Below are positions 47,440 to 59,436 of a stretch of 64,000 nt of DNA, piece by piece. Position 1 is the first letter of the stretch. Each line of letters opens with the position of its first letter. The position numbers and the translations under genes are program-made. Source of the DNA: Macrostomum lignano (Eukaryota); the NCBI GenBank assembly GCA_002269645.1, contig NIVC01004429.1:14990-78989 (forward strand), in the 5' to 3' direction. The notes beneath the pieces are model-generated. The model saw only the letters and a list, made by a program, of their open reading frames with translations. It was not told the DNA's origin and did not search any database.

Positions 47440-48740
47440 TCTCGCTCCCTCTCCCTCTCCTTCTCCCTCTCCCTCTCTCTCTCCTTCCTCTCCCTCTCTC
47501 TCCTTCCTCTCCCTCTCCCTCTCCTTCCTCTCCCTCTTTTTGCCCCTCTCCCTCTCCTTCCTCTCCCTCTTTTTGTCCCTCTCCCTCTCCTTCCTCTCCC
47601 TCTTTTTGTCCCTCTCCCTCTCCTTCCTCTTGCTCTCGCTCTCCCTCTCACTCTCCCTCTCTCTCTCTCCCTCTCCTTCCTCTCCCTCTCCTTCCTCTCC
47701 CTCTTTTTGTCCCTCTCCCTCTCCTTCCTCTTGCTCTCGCTCTCCCTCTCGCTCTCCCTCTCCTTCCTCTCCCTCTCCCTCTCCCTCTCCTTCCTCTCCC
47801 TCTCCCTCTCCCTCTCCCTCTCCTTCCTCTCCCTCTTTCTCTCCCTCTCCTTTCTCTCCCTCTCCCTCTCCTTCTTCTCTCTCTCCCTCTCCTTCCTCTC
47901 CTTCCTCTCCCTCTTTCTCTCCCTCCCCTTCTCCTCTCCTTCCTCTCCCTCTCCTTCCTCTCCCTCTCCCTCTCCTTCCTCTCCCTCTCCCTCTCCTTCC
48001 TCTCCCTCTTTTTGTCCCTCTCCCTCTCCTTCCTCTCCCTCTTTTTGTCCCTCTCCCTCTCCTTCCTCTTGCTCTCGCTCTCCCTCTCGCTCTCCCTCTC
48101 TCTCTCTCCCTCTCCTTCCTCTCCCTCTCCTTCCTCTCCCTCTTTTTGTCCCTCTCCCTCTCCTTCCTCTTGCTCTCGCTCTCCCTCTCGCTCTCCCTCT
48201 CCTTCCTCTCCCTCTCCCTCTCCCTCTCCTTCCTCTCCCTCTCCCTCTCCCTCTCCCTCTCCCTCTCCCTCTCCTTCCTCTCCCTCTTTCTCTCCCTCTC
48301 CTTTCTCTCCCTCTCCCTCTCCTTCTTCTCCCTCTCCCTCTCCTTCCTCTCCTTCCTCTCCCTCTTTCTCTCCCTTCCCTTCTCCTCTCCTTCCTCTCCC
48401 TCTCCTTCCTCTCCCTCTCCCTCTCCTTCCTCTCCCTCTCCCTCTCCCTCTCCCTCTCCCTCTCCCTCTCCCTCTCCCTCTCCCTCTCCTCTCCCTCCTC
48501 TCCCTCTCCTTCCTCTCCCTCTCCCTCTCCTTCCTCTCCCTCTTCCTGTCCCTCTCCCTCTCCTTCCTCTCCCTCTCCCTCTCCCTCTCCCTCTCCCTCT
48601 CCCTCTCCTTCCTCGCTCTCCCTCTTCTTCTTCTTCCTCTCCCTCCCATTCTCCGTCCTCTCTCTCCCCAACTCCCACTCCTTCTCCCTCCCACTCTTCT
48701 TCCTACTCCTTATCTTCTTCCCCCTTCTGCTACTCTTCCC
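47440..48740. repeat. ~1.3-kb polypyrimidine/polypurine tract (CTCTCC-based, with higher-order blocks)
   Basis: Almost exclusively C/T on the + strand. Confidence 0.97.
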
Positions 48741-49089
48741 TCTTCATCCCTCTCCATCACAATCTCTCTACCTGCCTAACAACACGGATTTCCATCCCAC
48801 CTGCCTTTTCATTCCCTTTCTCTTAAATCTAGTCAGCATAAAATTCCCTGAATTTTCGAAATCCTCCATCATTATTACCGGCTTTTGTTCTCCACAGAGA
48901 ATCCGTGTTTGACTGACTGTTCGAAAACAAACACTTGACTAGACATTCGAGAACTAATCCTCCAATACAGGCTGGAACTACTTGAACGTTTCTTTTGAAT
49001 GAACCGACTCAATCTGGGAAATCATTGGAATTTGAAAACAAATATTTTCTTCGAGTCACATCTTACACAGTCTGATTTTGAATGTCACT

Positions 49090-49460
49090 TTTAATTTCAT
49101 CTCTAGTCTCACTGCTAATCTCACCACTAATCTCATGCTTAATCACACCGTTAATTCATGCTTAGTCTCACCGTTAATCTCATGCTTAATCAAACCATTA
49201 ATCTCATGCTTAATCAAACCATTAATCTCATGCTTAATCTCACCGTTAACCTCATGCTTAATCTCACCGTTAACCTAATGCTTAGTCTCACCGTTAATCT
49301 CATGCTTAATCTCACCGTTAATGTCATGCTTAGTCTCACCGTTAATCTCATGCTTAATCTCACCGGTAATCTCATGCTTAGTCTCACCGTTAACCTTACA
49401 CTTAATCTCACCGTTTATTTCATGCTTAATCTCATCGATAATCTCATGCTTAATCTCACC
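49090..49460. repeat. 24-bp minisatellite CTCACCGTTAATCTCATGCTTAAT
   Basis: Direct tandem iteration. Confidence 0.9.
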
Positions 49461-50089
49461 ATTGATCTTATTTCTAGATATTATGTGTCATATCATTGCC
49501 CCTAATCACTAACTTCACCTTCATTTATTTCTCTCAGTTTCTCCTTACTCCCCGGTCTAACACTAAAGCAGTAACCATAGAGACAAATGGAGTCGAGAGC
49601 TGGCCTGATCAATACATGCACTATATCATGTGTGTTAAAAGCAATGCCTTTGGCCTGCCAACCAGAACCGGTGCTTGGCTATTCCGGTGGATGCTACTCT
49701 GCAATGAATATGAGGCCACTTTATAATAGTGCATTCGCTCCATAGCCGCGGATACAGCGGGTTAGGGAATTGTGGTTAGCGTTTTTTTTCTTCAAGTTTT
49801 CACTATTTGCAGAAAGAGCTGCACATCTGGCCAGTGCATTACCTGAGCTGACTGAAGCCTTTGTAGCGTATCTTGATTCGTCACGTGACTTATAGCTACG
49901 TTTCCTTATGGACTGGCTGAAATAAAAGTTTGATATTTCAATAGACTGTGAATAAAAATTATTAGCGATGCTTGTGTTGAAGGGTATTTTAATAAGTGAC
50001 TTATACTGTTTTAAGGTTCCGGTTGTTGCGTTTCTAGAATTCTAGGGTTCTAATGGTTCTTGTTCTTATGATTATTGTGGCTCTGAGGC

Positions 50090-50500
50090 TTTTAAAGTCA
50101 TGTTTTTTTAGGGTTCTGGGGTTCTAGAGTTCATGGGTTCTTTGGTCTGGGGTTCTGTGGTTCCGCGGTTCTGTGGTTCTGGATTCTGTGGTTCCGCGGT
50201 TCTGTGATTCTGGGGTTCTGTGGTTCCGCGGTTCTGTGGTTCTGGGGTTCTAGGGTTCTGGGTTTCTGGGGTTCTGGGGTTCTGGGTTTCTGGGTTTCTA
50301 GGGTTTCTGGGTTTCTGGGGTTCTGGAGTTCTGGGGTTCTGGGGTTCTGGGTTTCTGGGGTTCTGGGTTTCTGGGTTTCTGGGTTTCTGGGTTTCTGGGT
50401 TCTGGGGTTCTGGGTTCTGGGGTTCTGGGGTTCTGGGGTTCTGGGTTCTGGGGTTCTGGGTTCTGGGGTTCTGGGGTTCTGGGGTTCTGGGGTTCTGGGT
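50090..50500 (+). repeat. G-rich (TTCTGGG(G))n array; second copy at 53461-53785
   Basis: 7-8-bp units. Confidence 0.93.
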
Positions 50501-51264
50501 TGTTCTATGATTTTCTAGCTCAAGGATTCTTAAAGTTTAAACGCTGAAAACCCTGGAGTATATTCCACCCTGCTGAAAGCAATTACAAGCAGTTCCTCCA
50601 TCGGAGTAGCAGTTGCCTACTCAGCAGGAGAGGGGCTGAAGTCCATGGGGATTATATCCAGAGCGAGGCGTTACTTACCATTGTCAGGCACTGGTTACTG
50701 GTGCAGACGGTGGGAAACACGTGGAAATATCATTTAGGAAGCAGGTTAGCGTGAAAAAAAGATAGAGAGAGGAACAGAGAAGCAGGGCACAGAAAAGATG
50801 GAGAGAAAGAGAGACTGGGAAGGAAAAAGTAGCCGCTCAGGTTTCGCTACTATCAGCTCAAGTGACCCGCCTCTCTTGCCCTGCAGCTCCCGGTGAGTAG
50901 GGAAAATTTTTTGTTTCATATTTTCTGTCCCTTAAACAGAAGGCTGATTTTTGAAGATGATTGCTTTCGCAGTTCTCCCAGTGTTTGCTCTTCTCCGCGG
51001 GCAATGAAGTCATGACACAGCGAACTAATATTCAGGACTTGACTTAGCATTCTAAAGAAAACATTTTTTGGATAAATCTATAGGCAAGTCGTGTTTTACT
51101 ACTCATGCCAGTTGAACAGCAGTACGAATTGAATATGCTTAGGTTACTCGTTACACTATTCTATTTATTTCATCGTTGCGGCAATCCTAAAATTTGTTTT
51201 GCAATTAGGAAGCTTTTCAAAATGAAGGACAAAATATTATATTTCTTTGACATATACTTGTATA

Positions 51265-52310
51265 GGGCGTCTTTAGGAAGCGGCGCCTTTAGGAAGCGGC
51301 GCCTTTAGGAAGCGGCGCCTTTAGGAAGCGGCGCCTTTAGGAAGCGGCGCCTTTAGGAAGCGGCGCCTTTAGGAAGCGGCGCCTTTAAGAAGCGGCGCCT
51401 TTAGGAAGCGGCGCCTTTAGGAAGCGGCGCCTTTAAGAAGCGGCGCCTTTAGGAAGCGGCGCCTTTAGGAAGCGGCGCCTTTAAGAAGCGGCGCCTTTAG
51501 GAAGCGGCGCCTTTAAGAAGCGGCGCCTTTAGGAAGCGGCGCCTTTAGGAAGCGGCGCCTTTAGGAAGCGGCGCCTTTAGGAAGCGGCGCCTTTAGGAAG
51601 CGGCGCCTTTAGGAAGCGGCGCCTTTAGGAAGCGGCGCCTTTAGAAGCGGCGCCTTTAGGAAGCGGCGCCTTTAGGAAGCGGCGCCTTTAGGAAGCGGCG
51701 CCTTTAGGAAGCGGCGCCTTTAAGAAGCGGCGCCTTTAGGAAGCGGCGCCTTTAGGAAGCGGCGCCTTTAGGAAGCGGCGCCTTTAGGAAGCGGCGCCTT
51801 TAGGAAGCGGCGCCTTTAGGAAGCGGCGCCTTTAGGAAGCGGCGCCTTTAGGAAGCGGCGCCTTTAGGAAGCGGCGCCTTTAGGAAGCGGCGCCTTTAGG
51901 AAGCGGCGCCTTTAGGAAGCGGCGCCTTTAGGAAGCGGCGCCTTTAGGAAGCGGCGCCTTTAGGAAGCGGCGCCTTTAGGAAGCGGCGCCTATAGGAAGC
52001 GGCGCCTTTAAGAACGCCTTTAGGAAGCGGCGCCTTTAAGAACGCCTTTAGGAAGCGGCGCCTTTAGAAAGCGGCGCCTTTGGATAGCTATCAATCTACC
52101 ATTCTTTAAGAAACGGCGCCTTCAGAAAGTGGCGCCTGTGAAAAGTGGCGTCTTTGAAAATTGGCGCCTTCGAAAAGTGGCGCCTTTGAAAAGTGGCGTC
52201 TTTGGAAATTGGCGCCTTCGAAAAGTGGCGCTTTCAAGTGGCGCTTTCAAGTGGCGCTTTCAAGTGGCGCCTTTGGAAAGTGGCGCCTTCGAAAACCGGC
52301 GCATTTAGGA
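51265..52310. repeat. 16-bp array AGGAAGCGGCGCCTTT (~50 units) decaying into AAAGTGGCGC variants; second copy at 54550-55565
   Basis: 16-nt period, each unit containing GGCGCC. Confidence 0.95.
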
Positions 52311-53051
52311 AGCCTGATTTCAGATGAGGACGCCACTCGAATCAGTGCAATTAAAGACTTTGTAATCCGATACAGAGACAGTTTAAGCAGCAACCCCCAG
52401 GCTCAGTGACCGAGATCGATAGAGCTTCTATACGAAGGGTTAAATTTTTTGGTCAACACTTTGTCGTTAAACTCTCTCTCTTTTTGAGTCCACTGCTTAA
52501 CCTGCAATTTTACAATAGGTAATTATACACCCCACAAACATTGGCGTCGGAAATTGCTCAATCTGACATTGCTAGCTATTTAGTTGAGAAACCGGATGGG
52601 CAGGCCTTGCTTGCGTCAGTGTCTCTGTGTGCCAATAATCAAACAGCCCCGTAGCCTTGTCCTACTGCCGACTGATGCAATCTATTGACCGACGCAATGA
52701 GAGCCTGTTTCAAACACGGCGCCGTTTTGCTTGCGTCTGGGTTTCGCATATTCGGTCGCCCTTCTCCGGTGATCGATTGGTCGATGGTGGATGGCGGAGC
52801 TCAGCGTCCCTGCAATTACGAGCTACCTGCCTGCGAGCTCAGTTGGCGCTGATGAGGGCGCTGGGAGGCTGTGCCTGTCAAGCAAGTTGCCCAACAGAAG
52901 CTCAGGGGAGCAACCGAGTCAGGGTTTGAAGATTCCGCAATCATGATGTCCGGGTCAGCCGCGACTCTGATCCGATGGACTGATTTCAGCCAGCCTGTGA
53001 GCATCCCAGCGCATGCTGCAGTAATAAGATTGATTGCTGGCCTGCGTCCAG

Positions 53052-53087
53052 TGTGTCTGTCTGTCTGTCTGTCTGCGTGTCTATCTG

Positions 53088-53164
<77 letters not shown>

Positions 53165-53169
53165 TTATC

Positions 53170-53249
<80 letters not shown>

Positions 53250-53250
53250 C

Positions 53251-53337
<87 letters not shown>

Positions 53338-53386
53338 CATCTATCTATCTATCTATCTATCCATCTATCTATCTATCTATCTATCC

Positions 53387-53460
<74 letters not shown>
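53052..53460. repeat. (TATC)n microsatellite; second, longer copy at 56306-57038
   Basis: GATA-type tetranucleotide repeat. Confidence 0.98.
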
Positions 53461-53462
<2 letters not shown>

Positions 53463-56341
53463 GGATTCTGTGGTTCCGCGGTTCTGTGATTCTGGGGTTC
53501 TGTGGTTCCGCGGTTCTGTGGTTCTGGGGTTCTAGGGTTCTGGGTTTCTGGGGTTCTGGGGTTCTGGGTTTCTGGGTTTCTAGGGTTTCTGGGTTTCTGG
53601 GGTTCTGGAGTTCTGGGGTTCTGGGGTTCTGGGTTTCTGGGGTTCTGGGTTTCTGGGTTTCTGGGTTTCTGGGTTTCTGGGTTCTGGGGTTCTGGGGTTC
53701 TGGGGTTCTGGGGTTCTGGGGTTCTGGGGTTCTGGGTTTCTGGGGTTCTGGGGTTCTGGGGTTCTGGGGTTCTGGGGTTCTGGGTTGTTCTATGATTTTC
53801 TAGCTCAAGGATTCTTAAAGTTTAAACGCTGAAAACCCTGGAGTATATTCCACCCTGCTGAAAGCAATTACAAGCAGTTCCTCCATCGGAGTAGCAGTTG
53901 CCTACTCAGCAGGAGAGGGGCTGAAGTCCATGGGGATTATATCCAGAGCGAGGCGTTACTTACCATTGTCAGGCACTGGTTACTGGTGCAGACGGTGGGA
54001 AACACGTGGAAATATCATTTAGGAAGCAGGTTAGCGTGAAAAAAAGATAGAGAGAGGAACAGAGAAGCAGGGCACAGAAAAGATGGAGAGAAAGAGAGAC
54101 TGGGAAGGAAAAAGTAGCCGCTCAGGTTTCGCTACTATCAGCTCAAGTGACCCGCCTCTCTTGCCCTGCAGCTCCCGGTGAGTAGGGAAAATTTTTTGTT
54201 TCATATTTTCTGTCCCTTAAACAGAAGGCTGATTTTTGAAGATGATTGCTTTCGCAGTTCTCCCAGTGTTTGCTCTTCTCCGCGGGCAATGAAGTCATGA
54301 CACAGCGAACTAATATTCAGGACTTGACTTAGCATTCTAAAGAAAACATTTTTTGGATAAATCTATAGGCAAGTCGTGTTTTACTACTCATGCCAGTTGA
54401 ACAGCAGTACGAATTGAATATGCTTAGGTTACTCGTTACACTATTCTATTTATTTCATCGTTGCGGCAATCCTAAAATTTGTTTTGCAATTAGGAAGCTT
54501 TTCAAAATGAAGGACAAAATATTATATTTCTTTGACATATACTTGTATAGGGCGTCTTTAGGAAGCGGCGCCTTTAGGAAGCGGCGCCTTTAGGAAGCGG
54601 CGCCTTTAGGAAGCGGCGCCTTTAGGAAGCGGCGCCTTTAGGAAGCGGCGCCTTTAGGAAGCGGCGCCTTTAAGAAGCGGCGCCTTTAGGAAGCGGCGCC
54701 TTTAGGAAGCGGCGCCTTTAAGAAGCGGCGCCTTTAGGAAGCGGCGCCTTTAGGAAGCGGCGCCTTTAAGAAGCGGCGCCTTTAGGAAGCGGCGCCTTTA
54801 GGAAGCGGCGCCTTTAGGAAGCGGCGCCTTTAGGAAGCGGCGCCTTTAGGAAGCGGCGCCTTTAGGAAGCGGCGCCTTTAGGAAGCGGCGCCTTTAGGAA
54901 GCGGCGCCTTTAGGAAGCGGCGCCTTTAGGAAGCGGCGCCTTTAGGAAGCGGCGCCTTTAGGAAGCGGCGCCTTTAAGAAGCGGCGCCTTTAGGAAGCGG
55001 CGCCTTTAGGAAGCGGCGCCTTTAAGAAGCGGCGCCTTTAGGAAGCGGCGCCTTTAGGAAGCGGCGCCTTTAGGAAGCGGCGCCTTTAGGAAGCGGCGCC
55101 TTTAGGAAGCGGCGCCTTTAGGAAGCGGCGCCTTTAGGAAGCGGCGCCTTTAGGAAGCGGCGCCTTTAGGAAGCGGCGCCTTTAGGAAGCGGCGCCTTTA
55201 GGAAGCGGCGCCTTTAGGAAGCGGCGCCTTTAGGAAGCGGCGCCTATAGGAAGCGGCGCCTTTAAGAACGCCTTTAGGAAGCGGCGCCTTTAAGAACGCC
55301 TTTAGGAAGCGGCGCCTTTAGAAAGCGGCGCCTTTGGATAGCTATCAATCTACCATTCTTTAAGAAACGGCGCCTTCAGAAAGTGGCGCCTGTGAAAAGT
55401 GGCGTCTTTGAAAATTGGCGCCTTCGAAAAGTGGCGCCTTTGAAAAGTGGCGTCTTTGGAAATTGGCGCCTTCGAAAAGTGGCGCTTTCAAGTGGCGCTT
55501 TCAAGTGGCGCTTTCAAGTGGCGCCTTTGGAAAGTGGCGCCTTCGAAAACCGGCGCATTTAGGAAGCCTGATTTCAGATGAGGACGCCACTCGAATCAGT
55601 GCAATTAAAGACTTTGTAATCCGATACAGAGACAGTTTAAGCAGCAACCCCCAGGCTCAGTGACCGAGATCGATAGAGCTTCTATACGAAGGGTTAAATT
55701 TTTTGGTCAACACTTTGTCGTTAAACTCTCTCTCTTTTTGAGTCCACTGCTTAACCTGCAATTTTACAATAGGTAATTATACACCCCACAAACATTGGCG
55801 TCGGAAATTGCTCAATCTGACATTGCTAGCTATTTAGTTGAGAAACCGGATGGGCAGGCCTTGCTTGCGTCAGTGTCTCTGTGTGCCAATAATCAAACAG
55901 CCCCGTAGCCTTGTCCTACTGCCGACTGATGCAATCTATTGACCGACGCAATGAGAGCCTGTTTCAAACACGGCGCCGTTTTGCTTGCGTCTGGGTTTCG
56001 CATATTCGGTCGCCCTTCTCCGGTGATCGATTGGTCGATGGTGGATGGCGGAGCTCAGCGTCCCTGCAATTACGAGCTACCTGCCTGCGAGCTCAGTTGG
56101 CGCTGATGAGGGCGCTGGGAGGCTGTGCCTGTCAAGCAAGTTGCCCAACAGAAGCTCAGGGGAGCAACCGAGTCAGGGTTTGAAGATTCCGCAATCATGA
56201 TGTCCGGGTCAGCCGCGACTCTGATCCGATGGACTGATTTCAGCCAGCCTGTGAGCATCCCAGCGCATGCTGCAGTAATAAGATTGATTGCTGGCCTGCG
56301 TCCAGTGTGTCTGTCTGTCTGTCTGTCTGCGTGTCTATCTG

Positions 56342-56374
<33 letters not shown>

Positions 56375-56398
56375 TTATCTATCTATCTATTTATCTAT

Positions 56399-56434
<36 letters not shown>

Positions 56435-56438
56435 TTAT

Positions 56439-56495
<57 letters not shown>

Positions 56496-56524
56496 CATCT
56501 ATCTATCTATCTATCTATCTATCC

Positions 56525-56575
<51 letters not shown>

Positions 56576-56576
56576 C

Positions 56577-56607
<31 letters not shown>

Positions 56608-56656
56608 CATCTATCTATCTATCTATCTATCCATCTATCTATCTATCTATCTATCC

Positions 56657-56775
<119 letters not shown>

Positions 56776-56776
56776 C

Positions 56777-56811
<35 letters not shown>

Positions 56812-56812
56812 C

Positions 56813-56931
<119 letters not shown>

Positions 56932-56932
56932 C

Positions 56933-57010
<78 letters not shown>

Positions 57011-57199
57011 TTATCTATTTATCTATCTGTCTATCTATCCAAATGCGGTACATTTTGCACTTAGGTTCAGCGCAGACACTACAGAATCTTACTTATCAGT
57101 AAGCAAGCTTCTAATTGAGACTTTATCAAGATGTCTCCCCTGTTGCAGATAACGGCAGCTAAGCGCAGTGTCTCCCTGCAGCAATCAGGCCAGCTCAAA

Positions 57200-58030
57200 T
57201 GATTGATTACCGAGCGCATTCGGCGGCAGGCGCGCTGAAATCATTGCGGACCGTCTTGTTGCCAGGCCGGTGTGGGGGGGGGGCGTCTTCCGCTTTTAGC
57301 GAGCAGAGCGGCGGCGATGTCGTATCAGAAAATGGACATTCTTTCTGCATCGCAGCGAGTCCTGAAATATCGCGAGCAGACAATATTTGCGTCGGGGCCG
57401 GTCTTAGCTCTGGGGCTGCCTTCTTAAAAAGCTTCGGCTCTAAACGATTGATTACTAACAGGCAATGTCTGCTGTTTTTAGTTTCAAAGTGAATGAGGCT
57501 GGCGCTGGCGGTGGCGGCGCCTTGGAATTTCTGTGTGAAGTTCTCCGACTGTCACGCTGTACTGGGAGGAGACGCGCGGACCGCTTCTTAACAATGCGAA
57601 TCGGGGACAAGGAGGCGCGGACCGCTACCAAATTGATGGATTGATTTGGTTTTTACCTGCGCCTGCGCTGCCAAAGTGTGTGTGCGTGTGTGTGTGTGTG
57701 TGTGTGTAGTGTGTGCGCCCGAACTCCTCCTTTGCCTTCCGACCGCTGCAGAGGCGGCGAGCGGTGCGGATTGAACGGCAAAGGCCTTTTTTATCGGAGC
57801 CTCAGATCAATTGGGGCTGGGTTCTTATTCTTATTAGAAAGCAGAAATTGCTAGAAGCCGACGCAGAAGCAGACTGGCCCCAAAGTGGAAGTTTCGATTC
57901 TTTCTTTAACTCTCTCTCTCTCTCTCTCTCTCACTCTCACTCACTCGGCGCTCCCTGAGACTGCCTGCCTGCCTGCCTGCCTGCCCGCCTGCATGGCCTT
58001 CCATCCCGCTCTGGCCAGTGATGGATGAGC
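57200..58030. promoter_or_regulatory. Candidate Hox1 enhancer: Pbx/Exd-Hox1 motifs plus a Meis/Hth motif
   Basis: TGATTGAT at 57200, CTGTCA at 57549, TGATGGATTG at 57634 and TGATGGATG at 58019, in GC-rich unique non-coding DNA 3.5-4.4 kb downstream of the Hox1 stop. Confidence 0.5.
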
Positions 58031-58227
58031 TCGCCGGGTGACTGATTGCCGCGCCGCTACGAACGTGTCACCAAGGCGCGGGCTGGGGCCGAGCGGCAGC
58101 ATGGAGGCCTAAGGAGCACTATCTGGATTGGAAAGCAACTTTTTCTTGCTGTAATAAATTAAAGCTTTCTGTTGCTTTTTTCAATTGATTTTTTGTGAAA
58201 CCTATTGCGAATTTCCGGCTCCACGGA

Positions 58228-59436
58228 TGAGGGGCACAGGCCCCTGGCATGGAGGGATGGGGGGCACTGGCCCCTGGCATGGAGGGATGGGGGGCACTGG
58301 CCCCTGGCATTGAGGGATGGGGGCACTAACCCCTGGCATTGAGGGATGGGGCACTGGCCCCTAGCATTGAGGGATGGGGGGCACTGGCCCCTAGCATTGA
58401 GGGATGGGGGGCACTGGCCCCTAGCATTGAGGGATGGGGGGCACTGGCCCCTGGCATTGAGGGATGGGGCACTGGCCCCTAGCATTGAGGGATGGGGGGT
58501 ACTCGCCCCTAGCATTGAGGGATGGGGGCACTGGCCCCTAGCATTGAGGGATGGGGGCACTGGCCCCTAGCATTGAGGGATGGGGCACTGGCCCCTAGCA
58601 TTGAGGGATGGGGGCACTGGCCCCTAGCATTGAGGGATGGGGGTACTGGCCCCTGCATTGAGGAATGGGGGGTACTGGCCCCTGGCATTGAGGGATGGGG
58701 GGCACTGGCCCCTGGCATTGAGGGATGGGGCACTGGCCCCTGACATTGGGGGATGGGGGGCACTGGCTCCTGGCATTTGAGAACATTCGCATTGCTAAAC
58801 AGCAACAGGGAACTAAGGGGTCAACTGCCCCAACCTCAAATGAAAATCGGGGGGGGGTCATGATCCCCCATTTATAAAGAAACGAAAAAGATTAACCATT
58901 AGCCAAGCGGGACTGGGTTTCCCTATAAATTAAGCTCCATGTGTTAAGATCGGTGGCCCCTAGCATTGAGGGATGGGGGCACTGGCCCCTGACATTGGGG
59001 GATGGGGGCACTGGCCCCTGACATTGGGGGATGGGGCACTGGCCCCTGACATTGGGGATGGGGGCACTGGCCCCTGACATTGGGGATGGGCACTGGCCCC
59101 TGACATTGGGGGATGGGGGGCACTGGCCCCTGACATTGGGGGATGGGGCACTGGCCCCTGACATTGGGGGATGGGGGGCACTGGCCCCTGACATTGGGGG
59201 ATGGGGCACTGGCCCCTGGCATTGGGGGATGGGGGGCACTGGCTCCTGGCATTTGAGAACATTCGCATTGCTTAACAGCAACAGGGGAACTAAGGGGTCA
59301 ACTGCCCCAACCTCAAATGAAAATCGGGGGGGGGGGTCATGATCCCCCCATTTATAAAGAAACGAAAAAGATTAACCATTAGCCAAGCGGGACTGGGTTT
59401 TCCTATAAATTAAGCTCCATGTGTTAAGATCGGTGG
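58228..59436. repeat. G-rich ~28-bp array (GGGATGGGGGCACTGGCCCCT..CATTGA) plus a ~200-bp unique tail, duplicated in tandem
   Basis: Tail at 58760-58956 is repeated at ~59237-59436. Confidence 0.9.

Noticed and set aside
50090-50500. (TTCTGGG(G))n as an interstitial telomere
   Set aside because: It does not match TTAGGG or another telomere unit I can support, mixes unit lengths, and grades into ordinary sequence.
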